64,000 bases of DNA, from the NCBI GenBank assembly GCA_951406725.2, contig OX597815.1, positions 113,894,001-113,958,000 on the forward strand, read 5' to 3'. A program made the translations under genes and the position numbers. Below the pieces are notes generated by a model. It was not told where the DNA came from and searched no databases. It saw only the letters and a list, made by a program, of their open reading frames with translations. The DNA comes from Octopus vulgaris. Its lineage: Eukaryota. This document shows positions 53,923 through 64,000 of this stretch, piece after piece. How positions within the stretch are numbered: position 1 is the first letter of the stretch; each line of letters starts with the position of its first letter.

Positions 53923-55919
53923 CATGCATACATACAGTGGCTTTTGACTTCAATCTTATATTCTCAGAATAGCAACACCCTTCTTGTGGTTTGTGAGAGC
54001 TTTTAAGTTCATCCTGTCTTTAGATACACAGACACAGCATTACACATATGCACAGATATCTGTCCATCTATAAATATTGTTTTTATTTTTTGTACATCAT
54101 AAATATGGGCCATGTTTCTGTAAATTAAATAAAACCCAGTGTTCTAATTTGGTTTAAAGTATCAGTCAGTCGAAAAGAACTTTCATAGGAGAACATCGGA
54201 AATGTAAAAGTCATCTGCTGCTAACTGCTGTGTAAATAATTCACTGTTCATATACAATGGCAAACATTAAAACAAAGAGTATTTCACTGAAAATATTGAC
54301 TTTTAATGAATGCAACAAATGACTGCTTACTGACTGACATTCAGATACTTTGCTTTACATTACTGGAGATTACTGTTTCAACAGAGCGATAGATAAAGGA
54401 AGTTGTAGTTTTCCAGAATGTGAACAATGCATCAATTACTCCTATTTCTCATACGGGAGAAATAATTAGGCCACACTTTTCTATTTATTTATTTATTTAC
54501 ATTATGTTTTTTTACAACTAATTTGAAAGAAGCTTAACACTTAAATTTAGAAGTGGAACTAATAAATCCAACTTGAAACATTTTGTTACTACTTCAAACA
54601 CTCTAATAGATCATGTTCAGTACATATGTCGTTACATTACTGGCTCCGTGAGGGCAGGCGATGAGATTGTTGAAACAGAAGAGTGGCAAACAAAATCTTT
54701 TGTGCTATTTAGCTCTCTGCCACTTCTCTTCTCAACATTTAATTTAAATCCGGTTGACATCAACATGGACTTTCATTGCCCGTGTGGAAATGTAGTCAAT
54801 AAAATAGTAAGTACCAGTAATCAGCTGTGGTTGATTTTGTTAAATATGCCTTCCTTGTTCAGCCTAAATACCCTTGTGCTTAATTGAAAGAAATTAACCT
54901 CACTAGTACCAATTTCAGAGATTTGGGATTTAGTGATGATAAATATTGTGTTGGAAATTTTTGTTGTTGTTTTTAATTACTAAATACACCGCTTTAGTCA
55001 CAAGAAATTAAAATGGAAAGTTCTATGAATCATGCTTTTCCAAGAAATCATTGGGGCATTAACAGAAGTTTTTCTACTTAGGAATTGAAACTAGATAAGA
55101 GATTCAGTTTCTAAACAACATACCCCTCTTACCAATGGTAAATGAAATAGGAGTTATATTCTTGCTTTTCCCAAGATTATTAATGATGTAGCTACAATGG
55201 TGAATCAACACCACATTTCATGACACCTCCACACAATATCATTCTATCATATCTTTTAATATATAAAGATAATCCTACTATTTTTTACAATATATCAAGA
55301 TAATCCTACTACTTTTATAAGTCTCTCTTTTTCTTTTTATTTTTTTTCTTAACCAAATTATGAGATGTCCTTAGACATCATTGTTCATCATGCACTTCCA
55401 TTCATCCCTTGATAGTGATCTTTTCTTCTATTTGGGCCTGGATTGTTTGACCATGTTGATAACTGCATGGATTTACTTGTCTTTGACCTTGGAAACATAT
55501 CTCACCCAGTGGAACTTTTGCTTTTGGTATTCTACAGTCACATGGTTTACTCCATTCTGTTCCCAGATTATCTCACTTCATATATGTTCCCACAACAAAC
55601 AGGTCTTTCCTTCACCCTTTGTATCATAAACAGTCGCCGTTCTTTCTTCTTCATAGTAGTTCCTGTTTCACTTTTCATATTATATGCATATAAATTTTAA
55701 GATTGATTGTAATCTGGTATTCATCATTCTCATTTATAAACTCAATTAATTGATCAAAAATTTACTTAAAACATTTAGAAAAGTAATTCTTCCCTTGATC
55801 TTCCTCTTCTCTTCCATTTGGGCCTGACTTGTTTAACTATTTTGTTTCTCATCATCTTAGAGGTCTTCTGAGCAGTCTCTTCTAGGCCTTTTGCATTTTT
55901 CCATACCCACTTAGCACTC

Positions 55920-56163
55920 TCATCATTTAGCATCTGCTTTCCATGCTGGCATGGGTTAGACGGTTTAGTTGAAACTAGTAAACTGGAGGGCTGCACCAGG
56001 TTCCAATCTGATTTGGCATGGTTTCTCCAGCTGGATACCCTTCCTAACACCAACCACTCCAAGAGTGTAATAGGTGCTTTTAACATGCTACTGGTATGGG
56101 TGCCAGTTACGTGACACTAGCATCAGCCATGACTATGGTTTCAATTGGCTTGACAGGTCTTCT
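55920..56163 (-). mobile_element. Retroposon family B copy
   Basis: Same blocks, diverged. Confidence 0.8.
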
Positions 56164-57310
56164 AAATTATTAACACCACAGTAATTCATGCACCTAAATG
56201 CTTATCTATTTTCTAACAATATTTTTGTATTATTTATAGCACTTATTGAGCCCTATCTATTAGCATCTACTATTATTATTGTTGCTTAGCCGTAAGTCAG
56301 TCCTTTAATGACCCCATTTTGTTTCCCAGCAACTACATTATCCAAAGTGTCCCTCATTTGAGGGAGATTTTAATATTTTTAACAAATCAAGCAACTATGT
56401 TGAAGCTTCCTTGGTTATCTCAAAATTGGTGTTGTTGTTTAGCCTCAGTTCAAGGCTAAACAAGAACAAGATGATTGATCAGAACCATCCTTATTTTCTC
56501 TCTCTCTTTTTTTTTTGTCTTTTAAAGCTATCTAGAATTACATTATCCAGCTTGTTTTCTCTTTCTCAAGACGGTAGGGTATGATTATAGAGAGATTTCA
56601 ATGCTAATCCAAGCAGGTTAAATAACTATCTAAGGACTCTTGATGGCTCAGCTATCCTGGAGAATGATTTCCAGTGTAAAATACATAAATCATTAAAACA
56701 ATTATGTATCTAATGGAAAAACACAGTGACTGTCTATGTTGATATTTTAGAAGATTAAAAAAATCCAAGAGAAGCTTGACAGTATTAGCTCACTACAAGT
56801 GACATCTAACGGTTGACAATAGATAATTATACTATGGTCCTTGCATATTATGAAAACATTTTTGTTGTTGTTTTCTTTGTAATTCATAACATTTCTTTTT
56901 TTAAATCACAATATTTTGGGTATTTTAACTTGCCAAACTCAGCTCCTACATAGTCATCCTTCATCGCTTGGATTGCAATACTGTTTTTCACCCTGTCAAC
57001 ACTTATGGCATTGAAGTATTTTTCCTTCTTTGTGGGAAAACCTGTATTTATTCATTCTGTTACATTTGCCTATTGTTCTCTTCTTGCATCCACCCCACCC
57101 TGCCACCAAGCCTGCTGACAACAACACCAGTGCACATAGCAATGGAATATTGTAATATTGCCAGGATTAAAGAGAGAAGAGGTGTCTACTAGTTTGGAAA
57201 TGAGAGTACACAAGTACCAAACCTTTCTTTTAATGAGTTAACACGGCTAACACTGCATGGCTGCTTGACCTGTTAGAAATAGCAGCCAAATTTCCCTCAG
57301 TTGCATTCCA

Positions 57311-57585
57311 CAGTGATCCCTTGCCATATCGTAGTTCACCTATTGCGGATTAATATTTAAGCTTACATCAATTCCTCCATGGTGTTGTTTTGCATTTATA
57401 ATGAAATAAATATTTACAAATTATAAAAATAATTTTTAAAAAAGACGCAGGAGTTGCTGTGTGGTAAGTAGCTTGCTTACCAAGTAGCTTGCATGGCACC
57501 TTGGGTAAGTGTCTTCTACTATAGCCTCAGGCTGATCAAAGCCTTGTGAGTGGATTTGGTAGACGGAAACTGAAGGAAGCCCGTC

Positions 57586-57635
<50 letters not shown>

Positions 57636-57928
57636 GTGTGTATATGTTTGCGTGTCTGTGTTTGTCCCCACCAGCATCGCTTGACAACCGATGCTAGTGT
57701 GTTTACATCCCCGTAACTTAGCAGTTTGGCAAAAGAGACTGATAGAGTAAGTACTAGGCTTACAAAGAATAAGTCCTGGGGTCGATTTGCTCGACTAAAG
57801 GTGGTGCTCCAGCATGGCCACAGTCAAATGACTGAAACAAGTAAAAGAGTACTGTTTCTACTTTGCTAATTTCCATCTATTGCAGGGTGTTTTGGAATGT
57901 AGCACCCATGATAGTCAAGGGATTACTA
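57311..57928. mobile_element. Tigger/pogo-like MITE interrupted by a SINE
   Basis: TIRs cagtgatcccttg / caagggattacta, TA on the right; SINE inserted at 57444-57850. Confidence 0.6.
57444..57850 (+). mobile_element. SINE family A copy
   Basis: Same blocks, with a rearranged B-box region. Confidence 0.9.
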
Positions 57929-59344
57929 TAACTAAAAAAAGGATGCATTGAATAATGTAATTTTCGATTCAATACATCTGAGAGAAGAATAGGATAGTCA
58001 CAATTGGAACATTTCCATTATAGGTTTGCTTAGTTAGGGCTGACCCAAGATTAAACAACAATCTCCTTTAATGTTACTTTCAATTATCCCCTTCTAGCAT
58101 TTTAATATTTCTTGCTTTTGTTCTTTATGCCTTTATTGGTTAGATGGTTCTACAAGTTATTTGCGTCTATGAATAATTTTGATTTCACTTATAATTCTTA
58201 ACTTGTAAACTCTGGTTCCCAAATAACGTACTATACTTCATGTAATGTTTTTATACAATGAAGTATAGACCCATATATTTTGAGTCATTAATTAGTGGCA
58301 ATGTAATTGCTCAGTTATTACACCTGCTAATGTATTCATTAAATTTGTTTCTAAAAATATGTATAAAAGTAACTGCAGATATCTTTAGCCATGTAAAACA
58401 GATTGATTCTGATTAGCTAGTTGCAAGGCTTCTCATTAGCAAAAATGTAATAACTTTGCAGAAATGAGGGGTTTAGAAAGCTAATTAAAATACCAAATTC
58501 TTCTATACATGGTATGTTTAGTTTGATTGGTCACACTTGTATTACTGTTTTGTTTAATGAGGGATGAGTGAAACAATAACAACCACATGTTTATATTCAG
58601 AAAATGATGATGATGAAAGTAAGGTTACAAACACTGAGAAGTCTTTTTATAGGCATATATACACAGTGCTAATATTGTTTTCTCATGTTGATGTGTTAGT
58701 TTCTATATCATAGCAAAAGTCAATGTATTTCATTGAAAATATCTGTTTCATTATAAAACAATCAATTTTTATCCATTCAGGTGTTTCACAGAACACTTTA
58801 TTATCTGTATACTACAATATTATGTTTATCACTTGCTTTATCTTTGTAATCTTTTGTCAAATACTAATTGAACTGTGTGTGAGCACATGAAAGTCTGAAG
58901 AACATCCTGTATATATGTCACTGTATTGAAGAATGTCATTTATTTATTGAATTGCAAATGAATAGTAGCTGTCAATCATGTGATAGAAATGTATCCTGTG
59001 GTTTGTTGTATTCCAGCTACATCAGCTCATTAGTGAATTTCATCAGTTTAGTCTACAAGTATTAATTGCATCCTTACAGCTTTCTCTGTGTCTCATTCTA
59101 GGGAAATCCATTTACTGAATTGTGTGTGTTGCAAAGATCAACAAACAAAATACTTTGTAGTATTTAGTTACATCTATTTACATTCAGAGTTCTAATTCTA
59201 CATTTTACTTTGCCTTTCACCCTTTCTTGGTTGATATAAATGACTGTTCCCTTTGCAAACATTTCAACTCACATATCCTCTATGGCCCTTTACATGTGGT
59301 ATTCAAAAAAAGCTATTGTTTTTTTCATAGAAAATTGCTTTTAA

Positions 59345-60030
59345 AAGACCTGCCCACTGTAACACAATTGAGATCCTAAAACCAAGGTGCCGCATAAAAT
59401 GATTGATATGGGTGCTGGTGCCACTTAAAAGCACTGGTGATGGTGCCACATAAGAAACACTGAGTACACTCAGTGGAGCAACTGACATTAGGAAAGCATC
59501 TAGCCATAGAAGCCAAGCCAAAACAGACTATAGAACCTGGTGCAGTCCCTGGCCTTACCAGTTCCTGTCAAGCTGTCCAACCCATGCTAGCATGGAACAT
59601 GGATGTTAAATAATGATGATGATATCCTGTTCAGAAATAACTTCTCAAAATATTTCTACGAAGGATAATTATCATTTGTCCTGAGTAAGACCAAGCAGAA
59701 AATGCTTTTCAGCATTTAGTTTCATCTTCCTACATTCATCATCATCATCATCGTCGTTTAACGTCTGCTTTCCATACTGGCATGGGTTGGACAGTTTGAC
59801 TGAGGGCTGGTGTGCCAGAAGGCTGCACCAGGCTCCAATCTGATCCAGCTATGTTTCTACAGCTGGATGTCTTTCCTAACGCCAACCACTCTGAGAATGT
59901 AGTGGGTGCTTTTTACGTGCCACCTGCACGAGGGCCAGTCAGGCGGTACTGGCATCAGCCACACTCGAATGGTACTTTTACGTGCCACTGTCACAGGACC
60001 AGTCAGCTGGCACTGGCATCAGCCACAACA
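59345..60030. mobile_element. Tail-to-tail pair of family B copies (59345-59623 +, 59737-60030 -)
   Basis: Both share ccaacccatgc.ag.atgg and (GAT)n/(ATC)n tails in opposite orientation. Confidence 0.85.
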
Positions 60031-60305
60031 ACGATTTCTGAATTTAAATCCCACAACATAAATTAAATTTGTTCTTCATCCTTCTGAGATAGAAAAAAAA
60101 AAACGTTTCAACCACATACTGAATCCAATCCATTTGATGTGTATCTTTCCCCTAAATATTTCACTCAACATAAGGAATCTTCATTCATTGGTAAAATAAA
60201 TCAACCAGGGATTAAGGCTGCTCGGTTTTCACCAAAAAACATTTGTGTCTCATTCATCTGTATTAGGATCAATTCACAACTAGATATTTAGCTTCTGACT
60301 GTTCT

Positions 60306-60430
60306 TATAGATGTTTTCGATCTAGTTTGGATTCTTTGCCATCAAATTTGAATTCTTTGCCATCAAATTTGGTTGCAATGAATTCAAATTTGATGGCAAA
60401 GAATCCAAACTATAATCGAAAACATCTATA
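60306..60430. repeat. Hairpin of about 55 bp with an internal direct duplication
   Basis: tatagatgttttcgat...tagtttggattctttgccatcaaatttgaattc paired with gaattcaaatttgatggcaaagaatccaaacta...atcgaaaacatctata. Confidence 0.92.
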
Positions 60431-61199
60431 TATTGTTTCCCACAAAATGTAGATTTTCAATCTTTTACTGTTTCCACTACATTTTGTGTCAAGAAATACT
60501 ACTCTGTTTACATATGATATATAATTTACTTTAAATGTAGCACTTTTTTTTTTTTTTTTTTTTTTTGGTGACATTGTCGCTGTCATCATATTCCCACTTT
60601 GGAGATTTAGCAACTCTGATGAGCACGTTGAGTAGCATAACATACTCTCTTGGTAGCTCATAAGAAATCTACTCCAGTAGAGTTGTCTAAGACAGCATTT
60701 CTACTTGAAAACTCTGCCACAATTGACTCAGTCGTTAGAACAAACTTCTTTCATGTAAATCATGTCTGTATCCTACCACAAAAAACACATTTTATGCTTG
60801 GATTAGTCGTTTTCTAGTTTACCCCTTATTAAACAGCTTTCCCCATTCTTTTACTTAAAATTTCTACCCTTCTCGTATTCCCCAGTCTGCAGTAATATGG
60901 TAATATATCAAGGGCAATATTGATTACACCCACGTAGATTCACATGCCCTCCTTCACTTAAGTGCTCATTCTTTTAGTTATCAGCACCTCCCCTTGTATT
61001 TCTTGTATGTGCAATTCCTCTTTGGTAACTCTAATGTTCCCCACCCACCCCAAAAAAACGGCAAACTATGTCTTTGGGGGCAATAGGCTTTTGTAGACTG
61101 ATTTTGCTAATAAATGAAGAAAAATAATATAAATTCTATCTGTTGGTGGTAAGTAAAACATTTGTTGAAGAAATTAGTCCTTAATGATTTATTGAATAT

Positions 61200-62233
61200 T
61201 CGAAATTCTGTGTGTGTGTGTGTGCGTGCGCGCGCTTTTGGATGCATATGGCATGTTTTGGGCGTGTACTCGTTTACATAGATATAAACACCGCTTTCTC
61301 AGCAATACCCATTAAAAAAATTGAAAAAAAAAAAAAAGAGAAATCAATTATTAAAGTCAGTAAGGCAAGCTGACTGACTGCCTGCTGGAATGAACAGAGA
61401 GCTCTGTGAATGTTAGTTATATAGTGACATTTAGATTTGTCTTTTTCTTTTTTTTTTTTTCAAACAAAATGAAAAAGGTTCCCCTAAAATATGGAAGTAT
61501 GATAGGAAAAATGTTACTTGTCAAATTCTTTCTAAGCTAGCTGAGCGTTTTCATACAGACATACTTGTTAGCTGTAAGGCCATCGTAAGTTAACAATAAG
61601 TACCAACGGCATACCGTAGGTACTTCTGCTGCATGCTACCCTTCTCACTCTACTTTTCCTCCTCCGACTTCTCCTCCTATGTCTCGCCTCTGCAAGGAAA
61701 GGAGATTGAAAGAGAGGAAGAGAAGAGAGAATGAGCTTGTGTGTATATATGCGTGGATTTAGTTACTCGCAACGGTGGAAGTGGGATGAGATACATAAAT
61801 GCTGGTGAGCGACTTTAAGAGGAAAGGTGGAAGCCGAGGTTGCGGAAAAATGTTCAATATATATATTTTACACTCTCCCGTTCTCTATCTGTTATAATGG
61901 CACGAAGCCAAAGTTACATTAACGGGACCTTATTCTACTCTGCCACCCTTTTTCTTCTTCTTCTCCTCTAGTTAGTTTAGTTCCCTTACTGTTTTCTTTT
62001 AGATAACTTTTTTTACAGTCGTAACCAAAAGTTTGTAGAGTATTTACTGAAATAATACAACTAATAATAAATCATGCGGACAGAGCTGTCGTTATTTGGA
62101 AAGGAAAAATTACCAAGTTTGAGTTGAAGTTTTTATCAAAACAAAAATAAGATACATATCTCGAAGTACACCACATTGACCGCGACTTCACTCGCCGTTC
62201 ACTCTATGGAAGTAACTTAATTGAATACTCTTC

Positions 62234-62283
<50 letters not shown>

Positions 62284-64000
62284 GTAAAATGTTGACGAAC
62301 ATTTATCACCACGGTACGTACGGTTTGTTTTTAAAACTCGCCACCCATCTACTTATCAACTTCAATTTCGCACCCGTTCTATCAACAAGTGATTATTGTT
62401 TGTTATTGTTGGTGTTGTAGTGGTCTTCATATTGAAAGTTTCATATTTCTGAAATACGTTATTTGAATTGAAATGACAGTATTTATATCGTTTTTTTTTC
62501 TTAATCTCTCTTGAATTTTCCAGGAGAAAAAAAAGTTATATAGTAGTTGGGAAATGAGGAAAGCTGTGTTCAAGTCTCTTCATACTTTTTCTTTCGGGTC
62601 GTAATGAAAGTCATAATAGTAATGTTGACCAATATTATTAAACGACTTTTTTTTGTTGCTTTTTGTGACAAGTATTATCGGCACACCTACACAAATGTAC
62701 CCCTCCCACACACACACACCGATTTTGTTTCCTCATAACTTTCAGAAAAATTAATATTTTTTTCATGATATTTTCTCCAAATACCCTTCAGGTAGTGTAG
62801 ATTGCGATCATATCGAAGTTTGTTGTGGAGAGTTTCGGATCATGCACACTAGTCGATTTTGTTTCCCCCTTAACTATTGGAAAAATTGGTATTTTTCAAG
62901 GAAATTGTCTACAGATAGTTTTCAGATGGTGTAAATTACGATTATATTGGAATTTAATGTGGGGGGAGAAAAAGTGGTTGGCACACACGCAATGAAATTT
63001 GGAATTTTAAAAAGATTATATGATGATTGACTTTGTCTTTCATCTTTTGGGGTCGATAGAATAAGTACTATTTGAACAGCGAGATCGATGTAATCGATAC
63101 TCTTGACCCCCCCAAAATTTCTGGTTTTGTGTCTATAGTCATTATGAGGGAGGAGAGGACACTGAATCGTTGAAATAGTCGATCTTTCTAATTGTTTATG
63201 TGTGTTATTTAAGAACACGTAAATTTAGGCATGTAATGTATATCTATTTAAAAGTAATCAAAAACTCGAGGTGCTTTGAATGACTTCTCAAATTCTTTTG
63301 AACCACGTGAGAGGAATGAGTTGGAATGTTTCCTTTTTCACGTGTTTGTGTTTGTGTCCGCATTTCTTTTTGCGTCCGTCAGTGACACAGAAGAGAGAAC
63401 CTAGTAGGAAAGGATTGACAGACATGTTGCTATTCTTGTACCTATCAGCTTTATTTTCCAGATAACCCTCTTTTAACACCACTGACCTCATCTCACCCCG
63501 CCTCTCTCTAAACTACTGTACCCTTATTGACACTGTCCCTAACACTATCCGACTTCATTATCATAAGAACGTTCATTTTTAGACGGGCCCTATTATAATA
63601 ACGAAAACTGATTCTCTTGATATATATATATATAAATTAGAGATAAAACCACTATTGGTCAAATCATACAGTGAAAAACATAAACCAAAACATAAAAATA
63701 TAATTAATATAATATACAAATAATATAAAATTAAAAAATTTAAATTATTTAAATTTAAAATTTCTTATATATTGCCCATTATCGTTGAGGTATTGAAGAT
63801 TGAGTCTGGGTATTTGCTGGATTCTTTTCATCTTTTCTATAAATGCATTTTTTTACCCATAACTTTACTTTATTGTAAGTTTTTGTTTTTATTGCTAGAA
63901 AGATAACTGGTTCATTTGTCTCATTTGACAGTCGTTATTATTTTTTACTGTGTAGGTTTGTTTGAAATATCGGCAATGTTTCGTTATGGGTAAGAGAAAC
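61200..64000. promoter_or_regulatory. CpG-retaining intronic region, possible unmethylated internal promoter or enhancer
   Basis: CpG is frequent in unique sequence here and nearly absent from unique sequence in the first 60 kb (visual estimate). Confidence 0.45.

Noticed and set aside
49351-64000. Next FRMD4 exon (coiled-coil/CUPID region)
   Set aside because: Acceptors examined near 53027, 62523 and 63461 hit stops in the phase-1 frame; the exon probably lies beyond the window.

Overview
AT-rich, microsatellite- and SINE-dense animal genomic DNA. The SINE families are of the kind I associate with octopus genomes (inference, no database search). The window lies inside one large + strand gene, an FRMD4A/FRMD4B-like FERM-domain protein. 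Four in-frame coding exons missed by the ORF track are readable: 1768-1844, 30179-30283, 47051-47192 and 49200-49350, plus a candidate 27-nt microexon at 30659-30685. Introns hold several SINE families, a decayed full-length mariner, RTE and R4/Dong-like LINE fragments, a young non-autonomous Helitron, and hAT, piggyBac-like and Tigger-like MITEs. Most interesting: (1) dispersed minimal hammerhead-ribozyme-like motifs of the Penelope type, one with an intact core; (2) six long fold-back palindromes plus tail-to-tail SINE pairs that would form dsRNA in the pre-mRNA; (3) a symmetric cassette exon and microexon inside the FERM C-lobe; (4) a CpG-retaining zone at about 61.2-64 kb that may be an internal promoter. 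Apart from transposon fragments, the ORF track is microsatellite, SINE or chance artefact.
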